The translations under genes and the position numbers were made by a program. Below the pieces are notes generated by a model. That model saw nothing but the letters and a program-made list of their open reading frames with translations. It searched no databases and was not told where the DNA came from. Source: Trichinella spiralis (Eukaryota). Taken from it: a stretch of DNA of 64,000 nucleotides. Below are positions 27,865 to 39,635 of this stretch, piece after piece. The DNA lies in contig NW_003526943.1 of the NCBI RefSeq assembly GCF_000181795.1, positions 3,871,228 through 3,935,227 on the forward strand, in the 5' to 3' direction. How positions within the stretch are numbered: position 1 is the stretch's first letter; each line of letters opens with the position of its first letter.

Positions 27865-28032
27865 TTCGACAGAATTATAAATTACGGTATTAATACCTAC
27901 ATGTCAGATATACGGTTGTTGTTGTAGTTAATAGCTATGTGACGTGTCAGTAAGGACTAATAAAACTAGTTATTTTGTACGCGTGTTATTACACATTGTT
28001 GACTTTAATTGCTACGATGGTGGAGCGTGACA
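27865..28032 (+). repeat. 5' LTR of the gypsy element
   Basis: Aligns by eye with 33626-33782 (ATACCTACA..TCAGATATACGGT; TTATTTTG.ACGCGTG.TATTACA.ATTGTTGACT) and ends in CA. Confidence 0.82.
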
Positions 28033-29779
28033 AATTGGTGCAACAGATAGGATTCACGGTGTTGAAATTAGCGTCGAACAGAGGTAAAACTGCAGCAACA
28101 CCGGCGAGACGACCGTCGATTGCGCTCGATACTTTTGACGGATAACAGTCCTAGGAGGATTGGATTGTTCGTTTTGGAGTGTGCACAGAGTTGAATGAAT
28201 GGTCTGATGAGGAAAAGTTGAATTGGATTACAAATGGAGGAAGCGGTAAGGGTCTGACGAGTCTGACGAATGAAAAGGAAGCGTTTTAATTAAGAACGAA
28301 GAATCGACTCATGGAATTGTATCAACATCTTCATCATGAAAGATTATGTTACATCCAGTTCAATATGAGAAAAAAAGCTGACAAAGACTGGTCCAGTTTT
28401 AGCGAGGATTTGTTAAAATTAGCTACAAAAACTTTTCCTGAGTTTTCCTGACGTTGCAGAAGTTTTTGTCGTCGGTTCAAGATAAAAACGTTCGGATGAT
28501 TGCTCGCCTTGGGCAACCCGAAATATCTGGAAGAATTGGTAAGCGAAATTATTTTCCACGAGTGTTTTGTGCATGCACCGGAAGGTCATCTTGAACACTG
28601 CTTTACTGGCCCGAATACTACCGCGCAAGGAACGTATAATCGGGAACAGAATGACATCGTTATTGATGAAATAAATCAGACGTTGGAGAACGTTGGAGTT
28701 TACACTGAGGAACGCTTGGTCACGTCAAGTGGGCCTGGAGAAACGGAACGATCAACCGAGACGTCCACATTCGTAGATGATGGCAGCGCAATGTTGGAAT
28801 TGCGGGAAAAGAGGCTATATAGCTCGGAATTGCCGCCAGCCTTCGAGCGCACGAGTGCCGAAATCGTATGAGTCGCTTCGTATGAGAACTATTCATATGG
28901 GTCGAATGAGTGGTTCAGTGGAACAGTTCTACTCGAAAGCCTAGCAGCTGTGACTTCCGTAGCAGATACTTATTTACTGCCATACCGGGCACTGTATTAA
29001 ATGCGCGACTCGGGTTTATGGTTTATATTGGAGCGGAAACCGCTGATGGAAGCCAGCACCTAGCAGAAAGCTAGTAAAGGACAGTGCCATCTACTGGAGT
29101 TCAAAGGAAAAATGGCTATGGCCAACGGCACTCTGATCAGAGTGAAAGGTATTGCGGAAGTCGAAATACAAGTTTGCTCATGTTCATTCTTGATGAAGGT
29201 GGTAGTAGTGGAAAATCTTGCCTTCCCAGCCCTGCTTGGCGTTGATTTACTTCTGAATAGCCGATGTAGCATTCACCTGAATAAGTTGCGACTGACAATG
29301 CAGGGCAATCTAGGCAGGTTTCACCCAATAATATATACGGAAGGAAGGAACGAGCTTAAAGCTAAAGTGGGAAACGCTGCGGCCAACCCCACTGAAACAT
29401 CTGTTCAAGAGCCAAGTGATGTCAATAAGAAGCATTTATTGGCCTTAACCGAAAGTAGTGAGCAGCAGCTAACCAGTTATTAGAAAAGGCTACTGTATGC
29501 AGTGCGCTATGAATATAGTGATGGTTTTGCTTCTGGTGCGTCTGACTTACGACTTATGTAAAGTATCTCATCGATACGGCGGGGGAAAGCGAAACTAATC
29601 CGTCACGCTCCAAGATTGTCACCACTGGAATACGAAGAATTAGTGGCAGCGATAAATAACATGGAGCAAGATGGCATAATGCAACTTTCACAGAGCGCTT
29701 GGGCAGCAAGAGTTCTACCACTGAGGAAGAAGCCAAAGTAAGGAAGGATGAGACATTTTCAAAAATATGTTGTGTAGTT

Positions 29780-31239
29780 TTTCTACCCATATAAAACATG
29801 CTGACTGTATATATACATGGAACCAAAAACTCATTTTGGACGTCGTCATGGCATGTATATGCGATACATGGCAGCTGTTGTTTTGAACATCGGAAAGGGT
29901 CAACAGTTCACCTTGTGTGGAATTTCTGAGCTACCTGTCGAGGATTTACTGTAAAAGTTTGCTGCGCACCTTCTGTCCAGACAAGTAGCCTTGCTTTTCA
30001 AATAAGTTTGGACTGCCTTACGCTTCACTATGTACTTTGACACTGTCTTTCGGCAAACGAAATCAGGACGAAACGTTAGACAGATTGTGGTTCTACCAGA
30101 TCCTGATGTATCTGAGCCAGATACAGTTTCTGACGATGAATTAGATCGTTTATCCCAACGATCCCACGATTCAAGTGAGGATAAAGATGATGCTTTCTTC
30201 AATGCTATTTCAAGCCTGAAACATCAGCATTGTTTGGTAAATAATCATTGTTATTATCTTGCATTGCAGTTAGGCCATGAAACTGTTCAGAATCTGATGC
30301 ACAAATATCACCAGTTCTTAGGCCAGTCGACTACTTTACCAGGTATTTTACCCAAAGCTTCTTTCTCACATTTCATGTGATACCAGTCGTAAAGCAAATC
30401 AGCGCTTATTTTCCAACTTGGAAGAGACTGAAGCTGAAATTGAGGTTTTGACTGGTTTGTTGATCAAGATGGGCATTATTTCGATGTCACGGTATCATAT
30501 GTATTGGGCGAACCAAACGCGTGGACGCTGTGGCAAATTGCACGAGTCACAATGGATTCGAAACACTACTGCGATTTCTTCACTTTAACGATAATGACAA
30601 GGTTATCATGGACCATGCTGATTACGATCGATTCTACAAACTTCGGCCGCTTCTAGAAAACATCCGTATGATTTGTTTACAAGAAACTGCAAAGTGTTCA
30701 TGAACATCCAAAAAAACGCTGTCGTGTTTGTCAAAAAACATATCAAATTCTTTGCATGGAATGTGATATACGTCTGTGTATTACTAACACACGAAATGTT
30801 TTTAGTAATCATCAGCAGTGGTGATCTACTAACGCTCTTTTGTCGATGTTGTAAATTAATATCAAATAGAAGTAAATAAATAAATGAATATGCGTGAAAA
30901 GTTGTCTAAAAAATGCTTTGTATCTTGAAAATATCCATTTTGTTAATCTTCAAAAATAAAGGTAATTAGCTATCAAACATTACAAAAAACTAGCACGACT
31001 CATTTTGAAAATTGAAATAATGTTTTGAGATTCAAAAAGAAATAACATTTGATATGAAAAAACGAATTTTTACCATTAATTCCTGGTGGTACTTTAAAGC
31101 AACATTTCCAAAAATAGTATAATAATTTGTCTTGAGACTTCTAATTAGAAATATGTTCTATCTAGGTGTATTTTAATGAAAAAAGACAGAAATAATAATA
31201 ATTGCACTGTCAGAAATAATTTGGGCATGAAATGGTTGA
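29780..31239 (+). mobile_element. Internally deleted piggyBac-like element A
   Basis: GLLIKMGI..YHMYW; FETLLRFLHFNDN..DRFYKLRPLL, joined directly to a C-terminal Cys-rich domain (KRCRVC..CMECDIRLC). The right end is GGGCATGAAATGG-TTGA, a decayed GGG-TTAA. The left boundary is approximate. Confidence 0.8.
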
Positions 31240-31479
31240 GTGCATAACAACTAGAAGATCCCTTGTGTGAAACTTTATTAAAAGTAGACAGCGGAGTAAT
31301 AGAATCACCACAGTAGTTAATACACGGTGACAGCTCAAATAGCTTTAGATTTGAATTGGACAATGCTTACTGTGATATATAATTTGTATACGCATATAAT
31401 TAATAGATCAGGAATTATAGCGGTTTTGTTGTTTTGGTCCATTTTGCTCCCCACCTAATCTTCCGTGATCTGGACTTTT

Positions 31480-32221
31480 TACCAATATTTGGAAATTAAG
31501 TAGCACTGGAAATTAAGTCACAGCCACCAAAAAAATACCTGAGATCATCGGTCATTACAATTAAACCAAATACGGAGTAGACATTGTCGACTAGATGATT
31601 CGGGAGTATACCAGATAATATGCAACAGGATAACTCACCGATGTCCTGCTGTTCATGGTGATCCTGGACACTGCAACATTGAATGCCTACGTTGTATAGA
31701 CTTTCATGCATCATAACTAGATGGAAATGAGGAAAGACACCAGGCGAATGTTTCTGCAGCAATTGGCGTCAGCATTCGTGCGACCGCATGTCCAGCACAA
31801 AATCAGTACCAAGACAGATCTACCATGCAATGTTCTGAGGGGTGCACAAAAACTCGGAATCACCCGTGAACAGCCCAGATAAGAATAACAGTTCTCATTT
31901 TTAGTGAGAAGAAAGCGTGGTATATGTGGCATCTGTTCAAGAGGAAATAACAAGAAAACAGATTTCCAATGCTCCATCTGCCAAAAGTTGGTACGCAGAC
32001 AGCATGCAATTAGGGATACATTGCATACATGTAAAGTTTGTAGAAATTATGCCTGAACTAATTTGATTTTCTGACAATTATAATCATTTATGTTCAGAAA
32101 ATTTATAAAAATTATTTGTTTTTCAAAAAAAGCCACGCTATTACAAAAAATGTACGGCATACATTTGGTACCCCACTTGACCGTTTGACGTTCAAAGTTC
32201 ACTTGATCTGCAAAGGGTTAA
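31480..32221 (+). mobile_element. 3' fragment of piggyBac-like element B (different subfamily)
   Basis: PEIIGHYN.TKYGVDIVD; ILDTATLNAY; RRMFLQQLA; CGICSRGNNKKTDFQCSICQK. Intact right end AAAGGG-TTAA at 32212-32221. Confidence 0.85.
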
Positions 32222-33625
32222 TGGCGTTTTATACCGTCAATGGTATGCGACGGTATGGATCGCACGTAATGTTATAACTGGCATTCCCGAGCAACAAGAA
32301 AACTAAAGTATTACGTGAACTATATGATACCATAATATCAAGACATTTGGAGGAGGTGAAGAGAATATAAAAAGTCATGGAAAGATTCTTCTGGTCAGGT
32401 TATGCACGAGATGTAAAATATAAGACTAAATCCTGTTTGGACTGCAGTAGAAGAACCCCCCCCCCTTTTTTTTACGCACAGTCAGAGGGCACATCTTAGA
32501 ACAGAGGCGTGCAAGAGGCGGTTTCAAAAAATCAAGATGGACAGTTTTAATCCATTGCCACGAAGCGAGCATGGAAACAAGTATATTTTCTTGATCATCG
32601 ATTGCTTTACTAAGTAAGCTGAACCTCTTCCAATACCATACAAGAAGTTATGAATATAGTGGACAAGTTAGTGGATGAATTTATCTACAGATACGGAATG
32701 CTAGAAGGTATTCATACAGATCAAGAATCACAATTTGAATCTGCCTGTTTTACTAAGTGCGTAAGACCTTAGGAATCAAAAACCGAGAATGACTGCTTTC
32801 CATCCTCAGTCAGATGGACTGACTGAGCAGCTAAACCGTTGTTTACTGGAAAGGAATTTATACTAATGAATAAATAAATAAATTAATGTGAATAAATACT
32901 GCGAGAGAATTCTAAGAATTGAGATAGGTATCTCCCAAAGATCACGTTTGCATACTATGCAGGCGTTCAGATCCCAACTAAAGAAGCCTTCCTTTTCCTT
33001 TAGTTTGGTGTACCTTTCCAGTTACTCGTTGACACTGGCAAACTTACCTGAGTCGGGACCTCTCGGATTCCATTTATTTCCATGACTAAGAATGGCAATT
33101 CTTTGCACAAAACTGTGGCTTATGCAATCGAAGAAAACGATTGAAGGGAGCGCACGAAAGGCAGAAATAATATTTCAATCGGCGAGTCTTTGGGGAAACA
33201 TTTCAAGAAAGCGATTTGATACTGCTCTTCATTTGGGCGATCAAATAAGAAGAGAACAGAAAATTCCACCGTACAGTCCACGGCTGTTTTCCGGAGTCAA
33301 CAACAGTACATTTCAACCAGCTAAAGCCATGCAGACGATACATCAGAATTGAAATGAAAAACACAATGCATGTAAGTGATAGAAAAAATTGGAGATTAAA
33401 GAAAGCAGATACCTTATAGGCAGTCCCGACATTTAAGCCGATCGTCTGGATAGATAACAACGATGATGACGACCATTAACCGGGCAGACTACTGCTCAAC
33501 ATCCTGTTCGAGCGGCGAACGCGGCGATTCTTTGTAAAGTACAGTGACTACGTGATGCACTGATGAGAAGAAACAAGATTGCAAATTTGCAGTAGGACGT
33601 GCTTTAAAAACGCAAGAAAGGATGA

Positions 33626-33782
33626 TGTAACTGAATTACGAATTATAATATAGATACCTACAAATCAGATATACGGTAGTTATTGTGATTAATTCGCGCA
33701 ATTAAACTTATAAAACTAATTATTTTGCACGCGTGCTATTACATATTGTTGACTGTAATCGCTATGATGAGGGAGTGTGTCA
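33626..33782 (+). repeat. 3' LTR of the gypsy element
   Basis: TGTAAC...GTGTCA, preceded by AAGAAAGGATGA. Confidence 0.85.
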
Positions 33783-35025
33783 ATAACAATGAGCTAAGTA
33801 GTTCATTCTCAAACTTAGCTAAATGCAGACTTAAAATTAATATTCTGAAAAAGAATACATTAGTGAGTTAGTTAAAATTCAATTTGATATATTTATTATT
33901 GTTTATCAGAAATATAACTTTTCTAAAAGATAAATTACCAAAATAAATCTTTTACCAAAAATAAAAAATACTTCAATACAAATGAGCTTTTATCTTTAAA
34001 AAAGTCAAAAGTAATGAGCCTAACCAAATATTATGACTATAACTTAAAAATTATTGACACAGTGCTAGCAAGACATTAATACAGTTGTGAAAATTGTTGA
34101 TATCTCCAGCAAAATTGCAACATTAAAATCTAGTCGACATGGTCTTCTTGATTTTCTACAATGCACCGTATTTTATTGTCATCATTATAATAAAATAATG
34201 GCACTATGAAATTATCATTGCAGTATATGTTGTGCAGATGTTGTTTTTTATCGTAAAACAGTCTTTCGGGACTATGAAATATAAAGTGTACAAAGAAAAA
34301 ATAACTCTGATATCCGATTTATTTCACTTCAATTCTATGTGAATTTGATGTTATGAGCCTCAACTGAACTTCGCTTATTGAGAAACATTTGAAGCCCAAT
34401 CTGCTGAATTACTTTGAAATTGGTATATTCAAAAGTATAATCATATGAAATTCATCTAGAAAGCTGCTTAAAATAGGTAGATACAATAAGCAAATTATGA
34501 TAATCGATACAGCTGGTTAAAATTTAGAGGCAAATAAAAACAGTTTTTCTTATTTGTTTCACTTATATAAAATTCACGAACAGAAAAATATTTTGCTAAT
34601 TGTTTTATTGAACTTAATTATGCCTGATTTTATGTTTTCGTTGTTTGTCATACTGTATTCTTTGATTTGAATTCTTGTTTTTCTATTGCATAAGCTAGTC
34701 TATTTGTTTTTCCTGTATTTTATCTTTTGCGGTATTTATATTTCATTAATAAATATGTGTTCATACAAATATGTTGCTACTTAATTTTTATTTTTTTGAA
34801 TTAATATTATTTTTTAAAGCTTGTTTTTTTAATCGATGGGCAGGTTATTATTAATATTTTTTATTGATAATTTTATTTCTTCAAAGCTTATTCTTATTTA
34901 TAGAAATTGTCAGTATTAAGTATATTTTTATCATATGTGTGAAAAATATTATTGATATATTTTCTATATAATATTGTTTGTAATTTATTTTATTTAAATT
35001 TTAGAATCTGCTGGAAAAGTATATT

Positions 35026-35776
35026 ATGTCTTCACCTCCGAAAAATATGTCCAAAATTAAAAGTATGGAATAAGCGTTTTATTCATTTCGTATTTAATTT
35101 AATTATGTGTGTTTTTTAATTTTTTAGATATGAAAAGTACACGGAAGAAAAATAATAAGGTTTGTAAAGATTTGTTTTTAGTCTTGTTTGATATAAACAT
35201 TTTTCAGAAAAAAAAGGCAGAGAAGAAACCACCCGAAAAAGATGAAAAGCAGTTTCCGGTATTTACCTCAGCTTGTGACGGTAATGTCAATGTAACAGAT
35301 AACTTTCACATTGGATATTTTATTTGTGCATGTTTTCTGTTTACAATACATATATGCTTTTATCTTTTCTAGAGAAATACAATTTGGATACTGGACCTAT
35401 AGATTTGAACTACTTAAATATGTCAAAATTGCTTCATGCTCATGCCGTATACAACACTACTCCGTCATCTGTGCTCAGCTCTTCGGAGAGGCTGAAAAAA
35501 GTAGAAGAACATTTTCAACTTTACGAATCTTTCATCGTTGATAACTTTAAAGAGTTACCTTTACCAAGTATGCTCAATAGTTTTACAAAATCCATAGTGA
35601 TACATTTGCATTTAGATGGTCTTAAATGTGAAAGAGGTGAGAAACTCTTCCAATATTTAGAAGAAGCACTGAAAATACAAGCGGAAGCATCCAGTGAAAA
35701 TGTTGAATTTATTAAAAATTTTAATCAGAAAAGCCGCAGAATTGAACTGCCAGATTTACCCTTTGATAATTATTGA
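35026..35776 (+). CDS. 181-aa nuclear-type protein, possible divergent SAP30 (Sin3-binding domain)
   Basis: Four phase-consistent exons (35026-35062, 35128-35159, 35208-35280, 35373-35776). Lys-rich N-terminus followed by NLDTGPIDLNYLNMSKL...VEEHF. The gene model is solid; the family call is an inference. Confidence 0.6.
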
Positions 35777-36805
35777 AGCTCATTTTTCACTTGTTATTCA
35801 GATAAAATATGCATTTTTCAGAATATCAGAATGAATTTTCAAAATAAATTGTATTTTTTTTCAGTATCATGTTTTATCTTGCTTTCTCCACATGCGAGAC
35901 GCTTAAAACTATCCAATTTTAGTAAATTTAAACCATATGAAATATTACTTTCCGATGTAATTATTTCAGGTTGTAATAACAAATTGACTTTTTGCAAATA
36001 AGTATATATTTTAATTATGTAAATGAATTGTGATTTAAGAATTCAAAAAACAGTTTATGTTCACATGAACTTTTATTGCTTTAAATAAAATTTCATTTTA
36101 GTATAAATCTGTTTTTTTTATAAATTTCGTTGTGTGATAAGCATAAATTGTAAAAATATGAAATTTGTATTTATTCCTTTATGATGAATATCCACAAGTC
36201 GCGATCTAATTAAGAGAGCAAAAGCTACTTGCAAATAGCAGCAGTTCAGAGATATCGAGAAATCAATCAAAAAGTTTACAGTCATAGCCGCAAACAATTC
36301 ATGTTTTTAATAACAAGCAAAACTATGCTTGCTAATTAAAAGTATAATTGATTTTTTTTGCAATGCTACATTAGCAATGTTTTTTGTAATGTAGGGCATA
36401 TTTTTATATGAGACAATGCACTATCTATCAACGATCTTGTGACATCGAATTACAACTTCATTGTTGCGCAAACAGCAACTAGTATTCGTCAATTTTCGTA
36501 ATTGGAAAGAAAGCAGAACGCATCTTATAATGCAATAACAGCAGATGTTTACTTTTGCATCTCTGAATAACCGCCCAAACCTGGATAACAATGAGCAAAT
36601 GAATCATTAGCAAATAATTCCAATTTCTGAGGAAGTTGAAAAGTTGTAATGCATACAAAGAAGTTCACTGAAGCATTTTTGCAATATTTATCAAATTCTT
36701 ACTCACCATTTGATCACTTGATTGCTTGAAAAAAAAACTTATTTTTTAACTCTGCAAGAAGCTTGCAAAGCACATCTTTTGTCATTTGATAAAATTTAAT
36801 AAGCA

Positions 36806-37460
36806 ATGCTCAAGATTTTCTGCTTCAGCCTTCTGTACATACTTGTTTCGTTACCTGCAGGTAAAATGAGAAAAATACAAATTGTCATTAATTTTTTTCA
36901 ATGTTGTGCATACTGCACAATTTCTGAAAATTAATTTTCTAAATGTATCTTACTTTAAAACAATATTTTATTCTTTATTTTTGTCATGTTCTGTTAAAAT
37001 TTCTTTTTCTACAATTTAGCTCAGTCGATCGCTTGTTATCAGTGCAACAATGATCCAGATCCGTATTGTCATCAGAGAACATGCTACCACGGCTTATACG
37101 GTTGTTTCAAAACTGTAACTTACACGGGCGGCTTGGATCCTTGTAATAAATTACTTTTAATTAAACTTTCTTGGCTCGTAATGTGTATTTAATCGTATTT
37201 TCATTTTTGCCTTTGAAGCCGGTGCACAGAGTGAGTACAGCCAAAACAAAGTGATTAATTTGAAAGGTTGCCAATTTTTACCTTTCACCGGACTGGAAGG
37301 ATGCCATGAATCAACTTTATTTGGTGATATTCGTCAAGTTACTTGCTTTTGTCATCACGATTTTTGCAACGCTGCCAACAGTCACAGGGCAGCAGTATAT
37401 TCAATCTTGACCATTTTACTTCTTTCAATTTCTTTCTCCATCTACTGCACAGTTTTATAA
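36806..37460 (+). CDS. Ly6/uPAR (three-finger) family protein, probably GPI-anchored, 139 aa
   Basis: Exons 36806-36860, 37020-37142, 37219-37460. Signal peptide, IACYQC...TCFCHHDFCN, hydrophobic C-terminal tail. Confidence 0.85.
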
Positions 37461-38507
37461 ATTAATTTCTCACCCAAGCGCATGAAAATGCTAGTGAATA
37501 ATTTCAGTGTGTTTTATTATTTATTTTATACATTCATTTACATGTTGCAGCTGTTTTATTGCAAATAATTTCTTTTCTGATTACAATACAGTTCTGTCCT
37601 ATTCGGCATGTCAAATAATAACGCAAATAAATTTTATGTCAAAATAAGCAGTTGAGACAATATTTCATTGATAACATTTTTAAATAATAAAATTAATTAA
37701 TAACATTTTCGATGTACGCGTCTCCTTGTCAAAAAACTTGGTTAAAATTAATAATCTTTCAAAAGGTGTACTGTACTAAATATAATTCATCATTATCAAT
37801 AGAAAAAAGAAGAAAACATTTATATCAAATTGCTTTGTATAAAAATTCAGTTATATATAACACAAATTTTTTTGATATTGTGATAATGCAAACTGCTTTT
37901 TTAAAACATTCACACAATTAAGGATAAAGGAGATTATTGCATTTAAAGAAAGAATCATTCAGCAATATGGTCATCTTCCTAATGAACTGTAAAAAGAAAA
38001 TATTTCATTTTGAATTTCAAATATTGATTTAAAATCATATAATGAGTAATCATAATGATGTTTCAAATAATAATATCGCAAACAATCTATGAAAGTAATT
38101 AATTGTAGAAAAAAAAGCATCAATTCAATTTTCAGATTGATAAATGACAATACTATAGACCATTGTGCAAAAGCAAACATGTGAACAAATGGTACAATAA
38201 TATAAATGTATAAGTATTTTGAAAATATAACTGTGAGACTGTAATTTATTATTCTTACAATATGAAACTTTCAATAACTTCTGTTTACGTCACTTAGGTG
38301 CAATCTTTAATTAATTTTTGTGATATACTGTTTTTAATTAATTAATTAATTATAAAAATTTTGAGATACCCTATTTTACTTTGAAAATTAATCGCGCAAA
38401 ATGAAACTATAAAACATCATTTTTATCAAATGTTTTACAGTATGGTCAGTAAACTTTATTGTCACTTTAGCAGTGTAAAATTTCACATCAAACAGTTTCC
38501 TGCAGTT

Positions 38508-39277
38508 ATGAAATTTAATGGGTTTTATAATAAATGTTTTATATTTACTTGCTTATTAGGCTTAACAATATCAGTATATGCATTATTTTTGGAAATAATC
38601 AAAGAAGCTAGACCTTCTTATGTTCCATTTTGTGATGTTAGCGAAACAGTCAGCTGTTCGAAAGCTTTAATGTCTCGGTAATTTTTTGCAGCTTGTACAA
38701 ATAGTTCTCTTTAAAAATGTTAAGTTTTTAAGGGTATAAATTTTTTTATTGAATAAATTCATGATTCAACAAAAAGAATGACAGTTGCAGTTTTAAAGTT
38801 TTACATTTACTATCAAATCGAATTATCGAAGAATGAATAAAAATTTACCTTTTTGAAAATTATTTTTGGAATCGAATTTTTACCCAAAACAAAATTCACT
38901 TGTCAGTAAAATGAATTTATTGTTGTCTTTAGATGGAGTCGTGGATTTGGAATAGTTGGCATATTATTAGGCGAGAAGCATTTTTTGAATATAAGAAACC
39001 CAGTCTATGGAATATTTTTCTACATAACTCTAATTCTTCTAAGTATTATTTACCTTATATTAAAATAAATATGAAGGAGAATTATTCTTTTTCAGAACTT
39101 ACGAAGAAAAGAAGATGTACTAGGAAAGTGATTTTTTATCTCGTTGTTGTTAGTAATATTGGTTCGTTGTATTTAGCTTATTTGTTATATGCCGTCATTC
39201 ATTCGTTGTGTCTTGTTTGCATTTCTATATATGTGGTGAATTTTTGTTTGTTGATATTGCTTCGTGCAAGCAAGTAA
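38508..39277 (+). CDS. VKORC1: Vitamin K epoxide reductase (VKORC1-like), 153 aa
   Basis: Exons 38508-38677, 38933-39042, 39096-39277. CDVSETVSCSKALMSRWSRGFG; NPVYGIFFY; SLYLAYLL; active-site CLVC. Confidence 0.93.
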
Positions 39278-39635
39278 AATTGTTCGTTTAATGTTATTTA
39301 AAGATTTAAAATATTTTCACTTGTTATGCATCAATTTTTATAAATATCTTTAGGTGATTTCTCATCGTTAACTGCAAAATGGATTACTTTTTTTGAAAAG
39401 TCGGAAAGCACCAGATTTGTTTATAATATATAGCGATATGTTTTCATGAGTGATTAATTTGCTGTATAAATAGAACTTTCATGAATGAATTCTTGAATTG
39501 TTAATTTCACGTGTAACATTTTTTAAATAACAACTAAAATGTGAAATTTCAGTTTAAGTAAAGCAGTTTCTTTGAAATTTAGAAGCAACACGATGTCATA
39601 TTTTAATTATTTGTTCAACTGTCAATTTAGTGCAA

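Larger units (their letters stand above)
27865..33782 (+). mobile_element. Degenerate Ty3/gypsy LTR retrotransposon (RT/RNaseH largely missing) with nested insertions
   Basis: Paired LTRs. TGG PBS-like site after 28032 and a purine tract before 33626. Gag (WIVRFGVCTELNEWSDEEKL), protease (MANGT..ALLGVDLL), RT start near 29.6-29.75 kb and integrase at 32222-32850 (FFWSGYARDV..C..C; IHTDQ; FHPQSDGLTE). Many stops and frameshifts. Confidence 0.88.

Noticed and set aside
35258..35290. Resemblance to a spliced-leader sequence (GGTATTTACC...GTAATG)
   Set aside because: It lies in a coding exon ending at an ordinary donor, with no convincing Sm site.
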